Positions 41,239 through 50,396 of a stretch of DNA of 64,000 nucleotides are shown here, piece after piece. Position 1 is the first letter of the stretch. Each line of letters starts with the position of its first letter. Under the pieces are notes generated by a model. That model saw only the letters and a program-made list of their open reading frames with translations. It was not told the DNA's origin and did no database searches. The stretch is from the IMG/VR virus record IMGVR_UViG_3300033463_000042, positions 32,001 through 96,000 of that record; one strand, given 5' to 3'. Source of the DNA: a virus. Taxonomy: Duplodnaviria; Caudoviricetes. The position numbers and the translations under genes were made by a program.

Positions 41239-42284
41239 TATAACAACTCCATCAAGTTCAAATCTCCAACACGGAGTTTCATAAATGCATCAATGTCATA
41301 CTTATCAATCATACCAGATCTAATTCTTTCAATTGTCGATTGAGGAATCATATCAGTATGAGATTTAATGTCTATCAACTCAAATGCTTTTCTCAAATAC
41401 TCATGATAGTTATGATCTATTATTGGTAATACTGAATCGATTGACTTTGGGTTGTTAGGAATGTCATTTCGCTCAACAGCTCTCAAAAGATCATTGGCGA
41501 ATGATGATATACCGAGTTGAGTTATACCGATCAATCCTCTACCGAAGTCTCCTATGACTGCATTCAACAATGCATAGAATACTTTATTCTGAATGAATGT
41601 TGACATGATATCATTATCGATACTTGATACTGATTGCACTATCATGAATGGATCTGCCAACTGATGATTGAACTTTGACAGAATGATCTTGGTGTTTGGT
41701 TCCAACATATACATCGTCATGATTGGTGAGCCAGATATAATCAATCTGGCTCTATCATTTACTGTATAATTATCAATGACATTTGGGATGATGTAATTGT
41801 CCAACATGTTACAACGTATGAGATATGAGTTTGGAACATAGTTAAGAACTACACCAACCTTGTTCATTGACTCTGTCCAATAATAATTCATCTGTGCATA
41901 ACGCTCAGAATCATATTTGTTTGTGAATGGTGCAAGATAAGATTTGATTACTTCTCTTTCGGGAAGTTTACCCATCTCAAATTCATTCACCATCAAGAAT
42001 ATTCTGACATCCTGGAAATTCTTGGTTGCCCAATCCTTCCAATGTTTCAGAGTTGAAAGAGTGTTCTCAACAATATCTGCTTCAACATCATCACCATTTG
42101 CGAATGGTAATGCATTCAGAAACTTTGCTGAAGAACCCAATGCAGGGATGATCGTATTCAGATCAATGAAGATATCAATCTTTGTAAATTGATTCTTAAA
42201 CTCTTCACCGATGAATGCGTTAATAGCAGTATATCTCGTTTTGAGATATTTACCGAATATCGGTCCCACTGAGAATTTGTACAT
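41238..42284 (-). CDS. Hypothetical protein, possibly PIN/FEN-like 5'-3' nuclease fold
   Basis: 348 aa; IDIFIDLNT N-terminal strand and IGD..GL.GI HhH-like segment; catalytic acids uncertain. Confidence 0.35.
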   Translation of the reverse strand: MYKFSVGPIFGKYLKTRYTAINAFIGEEFKNQFTKIDIFIDLNTIIPALGSSAKFLNALPFANGDDVEADIVENTLSTLKHWKDWATKNFQDVRIFLMVNEFEMGKLPEREVIKSYLAPFTNKYDSERYAQMNYYWTESMNKVGVVLNYVPNSYLIRCNMLDNYIIPNVIDNYTVNDRARLIISGSPIMTMYMLEPNTKIILSKFNHQLADPFMIVQSVSSIDNDIMSTFIQNKVFYALLNAVIGDFGRGLIGITQLGISSFANDLLRAVERNDIPNNPKSIDSVLPIIDHNYHEYLRKAFELIDIKSHTDMIPQSTIERIRSGMIDKYDIDAFMKLRVGDLNLMELL

Positions 42285-42298
42285 AATTCACCTTCTCT

Positions 42299-44293
42299 TT
42301 ATAATCTTTCTACACCAAAGAGATAGTCTTCAAATGAACGTGGTCCAACACGGTTGATCTTGTTACGCTCATCAAATATCTGATGTAACAGATGATGACG
42401 TGTCTGTTCAAACGCAAGAGCAACTGTAACAGATTCATGATTTGCCAAAGCTGTCTTAAGTCTCATGATCTGATATGCTGGATCCGGTTGTGTCCAGTTA
42501 GGTCTTAAGAGTTTATTCTCTACCGAGCGTACAAGATGACCAATAATGATTTCACCATGTACTGAGAATATTGGTAAGATACCATGAATGAGATGGGTTA
42601 ACTCATTTACAGCTCCTTCAATTGTAGAGAACTTTGTGATGTCATTCTCTAACAACTTCATGATGTTCATGTAACGAGCAGTCATCATGATATTTACAGG
42701 AATGATTGAACATAACATTCCTACCTCAAGAACCTTGTGTGATGTGATCTTATAATAAGTCTCATCATTTATAAGGACCTCTTTGAATGAATCTGTGATT
42801 GCGTCTGGAATATGTATAGAAGCATACTTGGATACAACCACTGGGAATAATTCTTTACCGATGTAGATTGTGAGATTCTCTGAAATATTATCCAGATAAT
42901 CTTCCTTGAAATAGATGTCAAACTTCTTGTCATCTGTAGGTATGAGTGTGGAGTTTTCCATGATGAAGTATTTATCATAACCATCTGTGAACTCAATCTT
43001 CTCCGAGTTAGTCTTGAGCAGATGTTTCGCAGACAGAATTTTCTGACCAACATCCTTGGTCAACAATTCTGTTGTATAGATAAATCCACCCTCAAGGTCT
43101 CCAACCTTAAGCGCCTTAGTACCATAGCATACATGACAGCAATCCTCATTGAGATTACATGTGCATGGACTTCTGAACCAAAGCTTCTTTCCGAGTAACG
43201 ATGTATCTTTCTTATCAAAGATTTTATATGAACCAACGTTCTTCTTCTCTTGATAATAACGTCCATCCATCATCTCGAGCATACAGTCATCAATCTCAAT
43301 CTCTATAGGATTAATAGAACCACAATCCCATACAGTCTTTGACAGAGTACCATATGTGAGGATCCACAAGTTACGTGCGAAGTATCCTGCTGATCCCATG
43401 TACTCTTCATTCATGATATCTGGAACACGTGCCGCAATTGCTCCCGCATACATTACAGGGAGATCATGATAACCTGCACGGAATCCATTACCATTCATGA
43501 TTACAGGAACGATATTTTTTCCATCAGGAATCTGGGAGAAGTTGATATACAATTCTTCCATCTGTTTAGGTTTGAGAATCGATGTATACTTATCAGCCAA
43601 GAAGAATGGGTTTCCTCTTCTAATCATTTCAGCCTCAAGAAGTTTATACTTTTCCTTATTGGCTTCAACGATTTCACTAGTCTGCATAGTTGGAGGATAT
43701 TCAGTGTTATTGATATCACGAATGATTTCGGATTCTCTATAATGATCAAGGAATAAGTTTTCTGCAGTAAATACCTGCATGTCAGCTGCAGAGAATACCA
43801 AGAGTAATTCCTTGAGATCAAGAGACATCCTTGACATTATAACCTGAATATCACGAATTGTTTTACCATATCCAGTAAGTGTTTCAACAATCTTATCCTG
43901 GATCTTACCTCTGCCTTTCTTGGACAGATATCCCTGGAGAATGAAATCATTGATATCTATGTATTGTAAATGATCGATTACAGTTCTCAAGAATACCAAG
44001 CTCATCATGAATCTATTCAGAGGAAGTTCATATGTAATAGGATCTTCCAAAGATTTCTTGAACTTGATAAATGTGAACTGAAGCTTCTTACCCTTGTCAT
44101 CACGGTTGTTCCAACAAAGGGAAGCAACATCGACTACTCGGTCATACAAGTAGTCGAAGTTATGCACATATCTATCGAGTAATATTGGGTCACCTAACAG
44201 ATCATGAATCTGCTCAACGGTTGTAATTTCCTCGAGCTCTCTTAAATCTTCAAACTGAGATTCATTCACATCTGTGTCGATATTGTAATTCAT
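42299..44293 (-). CDS. Phage multisubunit RNA polymerase, beta' C-terminal part (non-virion type)
   Basis: Bridge helix MGSAGYFARNL, WDCGS, RSPCTC..CCHVCYG Zn site, trigger loop QKILSAKH, HGEII. Confidence 0.85.
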   Translation of the reverse strand: MNYNIDTDVNESQFEDLRELEEITTVEQIHDLLGDPILLDRYVHNFDYLYDRVVDVASLCWNNRDDKGKKLQFTFIKFKKSLEDPITYELPLNRFMMSLVFLRTVIDHLQYIDINDFILQGYLSKKGRGKIQDKIVETLTGYGKTIRDIQVIMSRMSLDLKELLLVFSAADMQVFTAENLFLDHYRESEIIRDINNTEYPPTMQTSEIVEANKEKYKLLEAEMIRRGNPFFLADKYTSILKPKQMEELYINFSQIPDGKNIVPVIMNGNGFRAGYHDLPVMYAGAIAARVPDIMNEEYMGSAGYFARNLWILTYGTLSKTVWDCGSINPIEIEIDDCMLEMMDGRYYQEKKNVGSYKIFDKKDTSLLGKKLWFRSPCTCNLNEDCCHVCYGTKALKVGDLEGGFIYTTELLTKDVGQKILSAKHLLKTNSEKIEFTDGYDKYFIMENSTLIPTDDKKFDIYFKEDYLDNISENLTIYIGKELFPVVVSKYASIHIPDAITDSFKEVLINDETYYKITSHKVLEVGMLCSIIPVNIMMTARYMNIMKLLENDITKFSTIEGAVNELTHLIHGILPIFSVHGEIIIGHLVRSVENKLLRPNWTQPDPAYQIMRLKTALANHESVTVALAFEQTRHHLLHQIFDERNKINRVGPRSFEDYLFGVERL

Positions 44294-44319
44294 GTGTAAT
44301 ACCTCCCGATCAAGTATTA

Positions 44320-46713
44320 TTAGTTGTCGATCATGTCCTTTGTAACCTTAAAGTTCATAAGCATTTCCTTACGAGCCATTATGTTCTCCTTTCCACTACC
44401 AACAAGATTTCCCATGATTGCATTAACATTGGGATTATCCATACTAACGCGAAGAAGTCTCCTTGTCTTTGGATCCATGATAACTTCACGGGATGCATAT
44501 GCTGGTGAAGAACCGAGACCTTTATATCTGTCTTTAATTGTTGGATAGAATCTTTCTACCTCATCAAAGAATTTCGATAATGTGGTAGACTTTATCTTAC
44601 CCGAACCCTTTTCTGGATACTGAATGATGAGACCATACTTCCTTAACACGTTAATATTGTATTGAAGTTGTTCTATTAAATCATCATCAATAATAACCAG
44701 ATGGTCATGTAAATCTATTACTGCTTTGAGCTGATGTATCTTGTGATCATATGTCATTTCAGGATATATCTTAAGAATGTTCTTCATCCATTTATCGATA
44801 TTCTTTTCAAAGCCTTCTACAGTATTACCATACTTCATGAAACCTTCTGCAATGAATTCGAGTAACTGTGGTGAAGTAGAACGAGTGATACTTACATCAG
44901 TTAAGTTTGCGAGATAATCGAAAGCATCCGATACGAGTTCTCCGGCATACATATCCTTCTTGACATCAGGAAGTTTAACCTGAATCTTACCAATGGAATT
45001 AACACATGCATCGATATACTCTCTTTGAGATGCAACGAAGTATACATCCTTTCCAGATACGAGTCTGTAGAGTGGCGGTTCTGCGATATACAGCTTTCCA
45101 GCTCTAACAATGTCTGGCATGAACTTGATGAAGAATCCAACGAAACCAACACGGATATGATATCCATCGATATCAGCATCAGTTGATATGATGATCTTAT
45201 CGAATGCAAGTTTACGTATGTCGAAGGTTGGACCGATACCGCACTCAAGAACCTTAACAAGATTCAGCCATGGTTCACTTTTCAATGCTTCTTCAAGTGT
45301 ACAATCCCATATATTCTTTGACTTACCTCTGAAGGTTAATATAGCCTGATACTTTGCATTACGAGCTTGCTTCAAACCACCTCCTGCTGAGTTACCCTCA
45401 ACAAGGAATAACTCTTTTGGCTGATCTGTCTTGACGGATGAACATGGATAGAATGAATCGGGTTTCACCCATGTCTTAAATCCTTTAGCATCCTTGGCAA
45501 CATTACGCATCTTTTCACCTTCGATACGTGCACGATAGTTACCATGAATTACTTCAACGATTTCACCAAGTACACCGGATGTCGAATTAGATAATTTCTT
45601 GATTACTGCTTCCTCAATTGCCTTACCAAGTTCCTCGGAGACATTCGCTTGTTTAGCCTGAGCAGAGAACATATTAGCTGCATCGCAAGATACACGCAGA
45701 ACCATGCTCATATGACTTTCGATATCTCTCTTGAGGTTTACGCCTTCGAGTTTCTTGTACTTGTTAATGAGCTTCTGTTTCATGACTTTATTATATGCTC
45801 TCATAACACCATCAACATGTTCACCATTGTCCTTATTGTGCAACATGTTAGTCCAAGAATGAATAATATCTTCACCCTTGTACTTTTCAGGATCAGCATA
45901 AGTAATAACACATTCCATTTTGAATGTTCTTTCCTTCATCTCAGTCTCGCCTTTATCATTGACGATCTCTTCAAGGAATTTACCTTCACATTCAAACTGA
46001 AGATCATTACACATTCTTGCATCCTGAGGAATAACAACATCATGGGTTTCATCTGCAAAGAATTCCCATAACTCCTTATGCTTGACATGATCCTCAACAC
46101 CATTGATTGTGTAGATCATATTGATTCCTCGAGGCAATGTATAATTGAAATCCTGTAACCATATCTTGATCTTTTCAACAGGAAACTTGTTTGTGTGAAG
46201 TATCTTCTTTGATGGACGGAAGGTTGTGCGTAAACCACCACGTTTCTCGTTATATGGTTCAACTATCTCATCCACCTTTTCTCCTTCCTTATAGATTAAA
46301 GTCATTATCTTCTTTTCAGTAGGTCTGAAAGTAGTGACTTCCATATATGATGAAAGAGCAGTTATACAAGTAATACCTGAACCATTCTCACCAGCAGTGT
46401 ATCCACCAGATCTTATCATATTAGATCCAGCCTGGTTAGTCTCCAGAAGTATTTGTAGCATGTTCGTTGGAATACCTCTACCATTATCTTCTGCAGTAAC
46501 TTCTGTGTCAGTTATGGTAGCCTTGATCATGTTGCCAGGTGATTCTGCTTTAAGACATTCATCTCTGTTATTTGAGATCAACTCATTGACAAGATGAAAT
46601 GCACCGGCTTCACCAATACCGCCAATGTACATTGTTGGACGACGTCTCATTGCGTCAATATCATTTTTCTTGACGTAGAAAACATCGTCTTTGATTTGAT
46701 TAGCCATAGTCAT
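44320..46713 (-). CDS. gyrB: Type IIA topoisomerase B subunit (GyrB-like)
   Basis: RRRPTMYIG, EDNGRGIP, LVEGNSAGG, FRGK, TDADIDG, PPLY, RYKGLG. Confidence 0.9.
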   Translation of the reverse strand: MTMANQIKDDVFYVKKNDIDAMRRRPTMYIGGIGEAGAFHLVNELISNNRDECLKAESPGNMIKATITDTEVTAEDNGRGIPTNMLQILLETNQAGSNMIRSGGYTAGENGSGITCITALSSYMEVTTFRPTEKKIMTLIYKEGEKVDEIVEPYNEKRGGLRTTFRPSKKILHTNKFPVEKIKIWLQDFNYTLPRGINMIYTINGVEDHVKHKELWEFFADETHDVVIPQDARMCNDLQFECEGKFLEEIVNDKGETEMKERTFKMECVITYADPEKYKGEDIIHSWTNMLHNKDNGEHVDGVMRAYNKVMKQKLINKYKKLEGVNLKRDIESHMSMVLRVSCDAANMFSAQAKQANVSEELGKAIEEAVIKKLSNSTSGVLGEIVEVIHGNYRARIEGEKMRNVAKDAKGFKTWVKPDSFYPCSSVKTDQPKELFLVEGNSAGGGLKQARNAKYQAILTFRGKSKNIWDCTLEEALKSEPWLNLVKVLECGIGPTFDIRKLAFDKIIISTDADIDGYHIRVGFVGFFIKFMPDIVRAGKLYIAEPPLYRLVSGKDVYFVASQREYIDACVNSIGKIQVKLPDVKKDMYAGELVSDAFDYLANLTDVSITRSTSPQLLEFIAEGFMKYGNTVEGFEKNIDKWMKNILKIYPEMTYDHKIHQLKAVIDLHDHLVIIDDDLIEQLQYNINVLRKYGLIIQYPEKGSGKIKSTTLSKFFDEVERFYPTIKDRYKGLGSSPAYASREVIMDPKTRRLLRVSMDNPNVNAIMGNLVGSGKENIMARKEMLMNFKVTKDMIDN

Positions 46714-46734
46714 ATCTCCTCCTAAGATTAATCG

Positions 46735-46746
46735 TACGATACAGTT
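46735..46746 (-). promoter_or_regulatory. Late-type promoter motif AACTgtatcgTA
   Basis: Immediately upstream of the gyrB SD. Confidence 0.4.
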
Positions 46747-46914
46747 ATCCCCGTATCACGCAAAAATAATATATGTCTTTCAAAAGACAAAAAAGTAAGT
46801 TCGTCTATGAACATTAATCGTGTATACCTACTGGCATGGGCGTACACCTCCTAAAGTAGTAGACTCTGTGTAGGGTGATAATACACAGGGTCGGTGTTTA
46901 TTTATATTTGTTTA

Positions 46915-46941
46915 GCGGGGCTTCGTGCCCCGCCCAATTTT
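46915..46941 (+). terminator. Intrinsic terminator
   Basis: GCGGGGC-TTCGT-GCCCCGC then TTTTT; no upstream plus-strand CDS. Confidence 0.6.
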
Positions 46942-46983
46942 TCTATGCTGCCCCTGATTTTGGCATAGGAGATTTGTTTATTA

Positions 46984-47007
46984 TAAATATATATTATTAT
47001 TGTGAAA
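46984..47007 (+). promoter_or_regulatory. Early-type promoter
   Basis: TAAATATATATTATTATTGTGAAA, exactly repeated at 47779-47802. Confidence 0.7.
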
Positions 47008-47021
47008 GGAGGAGAAATCCT

Positions 47022-47369
47022 ATGAATGGTTATGTATACTCAGTCCTATCAAAAGTCAAATCCGCTGCTATTGCAGGAGCAGCAGAAGTATTTCTTCATT
47101 ATATAAATGCAATAATGATACCTAGAATGAAGAAAAATGCAATTGAAGAATATATTGTAGAAAAGGAGATGGCTGAAACTGTAGAAAAGATTTATGTGGC
47201 AATGCTCGATCAGGGTAAATCGATTACCGTTGAAGAAGTATATGAGGCTGTAAAGAATGCTTACGATAACCCTATACCAAAAGACAAGGTAACCCCAGAA
47301 ATGATTCAAAAGTACAAAGAAGTGTTTGGTGATCCAAACACAAATGAAGAAAATAAGGAGGGCTTATAA
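47022..47369 (+). CDS. Hypothetical early protein
   Basis: Start moved to ATG 47022 (SD AAGGAGG); 115 aa. Confidence 0.6.
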   Translation: MNGYVYSVLSKVKSAAIAGAAEVFLHYINAIMIPRMKKNAIEEYIVEKEMAETVEKIYVAMLDQGKSITVEEVYEAVKNAYDNPIPKDKVTPEMIQKYKEVFGDPNTNEENKEGL

Positions 47370-47773
47370 TGCCGATAATTAATTTAACCGCACACCCAAT
47401 TAGAATAATTGATAACTATCGATACTCGCCAGCTATAAGGAAAAACGTCATCCCCGATGGTCATAAGTTCCATACCAAGATGGTGATACCATCATATCAA
47501 TTGGCAAATGGAAAATATAAGACGGAGGTTCTTGAAGATTTCGAAGGATGTCCTGTGAGGAAAAAAGAAATCGTCGGATGTGACGGACTACCAAAAGTAG
47601 ATGACCCAGAAAATACTATTTTTATCGTATCGACTGCGTATGCGAAAGCATATCAGAAGATGCATCCAAAAGCAGATATGAAAAACTTTTATATTATCGG
47701 GGAGGCGGTATATTCAGCAGATGGGTCTCACGTACTAGGATCCACATGTATTCTCCAATGGGACAAATTTTAA
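47369..47773 (+). CDS. NLTxH-motif small phage protein (possible ring-nuclease-like)
   Basis: 134 aa; INLTAHPI, GLP, IFIVS, VYSADGSHVLG. Confidence 0.5.
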   Translation: MPIINLTAHPIRIIDNYRYSPAIRKNVIPDGHKFHTKMVIPSYQLANGKYKTEVLEDFEGCPVRKKEIVGCDGLPKVDDPENTIFIVSTAYAKAYQKMHPKADMKNFYIIGEAVYSADGSHVLGSTCILQWDKF

Positions 47774-47778
47774 GTTTG

Positions 47779-47802
47779 TAAATATATATTATTATTGTGA
47801 AA
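47779..47802 (+). promoter_or_regulatory. Early-type promoter with no downstream CDS
   Basis: Exact 24-nt copy of 46984-47007. Confidence 0.65.
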
Positions 47803-48074
47803 TAAGAAGCAAGCTAATCGAAACTTGCTCTCTTAAGCGCCGAGATTGATCTGCTATCTAGAGGACATGGCCCCGTTGGCATGTCTTAACTCTATTTAGT
47901 AGATCGATCTCAAATATATGATATATCTGCCCATAGGCATAATCCGGGGCATTTATATATGGATGCCGCCTTGGTGGTTCCGAGTCCACCATGTGCGGAA
48001 TCTAAAAAGCATGCAAAAAATTCATATCCAAGAAAAATAGCTGCGGTCTTTACTCCCCGTGGCTATTTTTTTTT
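47803..48074 (+). ncRNA. Candidate structured non-coding RNA with a tRNA-like module
   Basis: Promoter, hairpins at 47806-47832 and 47842-47911, tRNA-like 47926-47999, terminator 48033-48074; no ORF with a good SD. Confidence 0.5.
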
Positions 48075-48095
48075 CATTTTAGGATTCAGATATTC

Positions 48096-48117
48096 TAAAT
48101 ATATATTATTACTATGA
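48096..48117 (+). promoter_or_regulatory. Early-type promoter
   Basis: TAAATATATATTATTACTATGA. Confidence 0.6.
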
Positions 48118-48338
48118 GTAATATTAGTATAGCAGGGTTGGGTGGCGGCTCGCCTAAGAGTAGGGTGCAGATATGCATTTAAGCACTCGCGGCGCATTGA
48201 TTTTGTTGTATAAAAAATAACCACGAGGTTTGTACACTTATAACGTGAATAAACTTTATTTTTTTTTCTTTTTATTCTATATTATCTATTATCCCATCTT
48301 TTTAAGTAAATATATTTGTAAAATAAAAAATTCTAGAA

Positions 48339-48350
48339 AACGATTCTGTA
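48339..48350 (+). promoter_or_regulatory. Late-type promoter motif AACGattctgTA
   Basis: Upstream of the beta' N-part gene. Confidence 0.45.
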
Positions 48351-48386
48351 ATCTTTAATATACATTTAAAGAAAGGAAATGATATA

Positions 48387-49892
48387 ATGAAAATTCAAGA
48401 GTTATTTGATATAGATCGTTATATATCAACTAATGATCTCAAGGAAGTTAAATCTCAGCATATATACAAAACACAGAATCAGTTCAATCCAGAAGGATTA
48501 TTCTCAGAAGAAATATTTGGACAAACTGATCAGGAAAGAAAGTATCGATGCGGTTACATAAAACTTCCTGTACATGTATTCAATCCTAGTGTTGCTAAAA
48601 CCATTATCAGTAGATCAGGTGGTATCATCAGAAAGATGGCATATGGTGAATCCAGATGTAACATTGAAAATGGTGTATTGGTAGCAGCAGCTGATGGACA
48701 ATATTGTGGTCTTAAAGATCTATATGAAATATGGGATCAGATTGATATCAAGAAGACTATCAATACTCGTTCCAAGGATAACATCGATATCCTTACGAAA
48801 TCACCAAAGAGACTTATATTCAATGACAAGGTTTTGGTATTACCACCTGGCTTTAGACAGATCGGTATGAGAAACGGTAAACATACAAAGAATGAGTTGA
48901 ATTCTTTGTACTCACATCTCATAGGTCTTAAGAGTGTTACTTCACATACAACAACAAATGCTGTTCAGTTGTATGCAAAGTTCCAGGATGCTGTTGCTGA
49001 TATCTATACTTACATCCATGACTATGTTGGATCCAAGAATGGCTTCTTCCAGAAACACCTCCTTACTAAGACTACAACATACACTGCAAGAAACGTTATC
49101 TCTGCTCCACGTTATAACACAGACAATCCACATATAGGTATCTTTAGAACTGGTTATCCATTGCATACATGTGTATCATTGTTCAAACCATTAATCATGT
49201 TCCAAATGAAACAGTTCTTCTCATATTCTAATATACAGGATATCCATCCTAACAAAGAAGAAGTTAGACCGGGTGTTCTTGATAATATGTATGATAACAA
49301 GATGATCGATGATCTCTGTAATATCTACATGAATAACCCTGGATCACGTTTCAGAAAACTGTATCTTGATGAAGAGAATACTAAACCAATCATGATGGAG
49401 TATCTTGACGTCAAGAAGAATGAAACTGTTACTCGTCCACTGACATTGACTGATGTAATCTATATATGTGCAAAGATAGTTATAGTTGATGGTGATCGCC
49501 ATGTATATACTGTTCGATATCCTATCGGCGACTATCTTGGAGCTTTCTTCACAAAGGTTCATATTCTTTCTACAGTAGACACAATGGAAATTCAATTCCG
49601 TGGTGAAACATATGATACTTATCCTATTATAAATCCTGAAGCATCCCACAAGATAGTATCAGTCTCGTTCGCAGATACCCTCACTCCATCCAATAGTAGA
49701 CTTAAAGCAATCGGTGGTGACTATGATGGTGATACCGTTAAGTCAACTGGTCTTTGGAGTGACGAAGCAAACAAACAAGCTGAAGAACTTATGTACTCTA
49801 AGATCTATAATATCAAAGCAGAGTGTGACTCTGTATATGTTATTGAGATTGAATGCTTGAATGGTTTATACGCATTGACAAAACGAGATTAA
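48387..49892 (+). CDS. Phage multisubunit RNA polymerase, beta' N-terminal/catalytic part (non-virion type)
   Basis: PEGLFSEEIFG, VLPPGFR, ARNVIS, RYP and catalytic GGDYDGD. Confidence 0.9.
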   Translation: MKIQELFDIDRYISTNDLKEVKSQHIYKTQNQFNPEGLFSEEIFGQTDQERKYRCGYIKLPVHVFNPSVAKTIISRSGGIIRKMAYGESRCNIENGVLVAAADGQYCGLKDLYEIWDQIDIKKTINTRSKDNIDILTKSPKRLIFNDKVLVLPPGFRQIGMRNGKHTKNELNSLYSHLIGLKSVTSHTTTNAVQLYAKFQDAVADIYTYIHDYVGSKNGFFQKHLLTKTTTYTARNVISAPRYNTDNPHIGIFRTGYPLHTCVSLFKPLIMFQMKQFFSYSNIQDIHPNKEEVRPGVLDNMYDNKMIDDLCNIYMNNPGSRFRKLYLDEENTKPIMMEYLDVKKNETVTRPLTLTDVIYICAKIVIVDGDRHVYTVRYPIGDYLGAFFTKVHILSTVDTMEIQFRGETYDTYPIINPEASHKIVSVSFADTLTPSNSRLKAIGGDYDGDTVKSTGLWSDEANKQAEELMYSKIYNIKAECDSVYVIEIECLNGLYALTKRD

Positions 49893-49921
49893 TTTATTTT
49901 TTCTTTTAGGGGGTAATTACC

Positions 49922-50335
49922 ATGGCAAAGTTCTATGTAGATGATCACACGAATGTCTCAACTGATGAGATTCTTGATAAGCATCATGGTTTAATCGATC
50001 CAGGACGTATCATTGGTCCACCATCATCTTTGCCTGATGAAGAGTTGACAAAGATTATTAATGATCTCAATAAAATAAGAGATATCCCTGGTCAAAAATT
50101 CCGTGTTCCTCATGGAGTTAAGAATTATGCTAGGTTAGGCAATGTGCACATCGGTGATTTATTTCATCATATTCAAAAAGGATTGAATACAAAGGACCTT
50201 TGTCTTTTGCAGTTAATTACGGGGGAACTGCATGAGTGTTTATACTTTGATCCCGATGATAAATATTATGAATGTGCTGAAAATAGAAACTGTGAAGAAT
50301 GTATCTCTCGTTGGATGAACTCTGATAAATGGTAA
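49922..50335 (+). CDS. Hypothetical protein with C-terminal Cys cluster
   Basis: 137 aa; C..C..CEECISRW. Confidence 0.55.
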   Translation: MAKFYVDDHTNVSTDEILDKHHGLIDPGRIIGPPSSLPDEELTKIINDLNKIRDIPGQKFRVPHGVKNYARLGNVHIGDLFHHIQKGLNTKDLCLLQLITGELHECLYFDPDDKYYECAENRNCEECISRWMNSDKW

Positions 50336-50396
50336 TATTCACAACCTTTTAGAAAAGCTCATAATAAGAGCGTATTCAGAAAGGAATGAAAACAAA

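Noticed and set aside
46875-47021. N-terminal extension of the 164-aa ORF
   Set aside because: Crosses a terminator and a promoter; strong SD supports ATG 47022
47926-47999. Canonical tRNA gene
   Set aside because: No D-arm, no 7-nt anticodon loop, no CCA; kept only as a tRNA-like finding
46984-48117. CRISPR-like repeats
   Set aside because: Only three AT-rich copies at irregular 300-800 nt spacing; better explained as promoters
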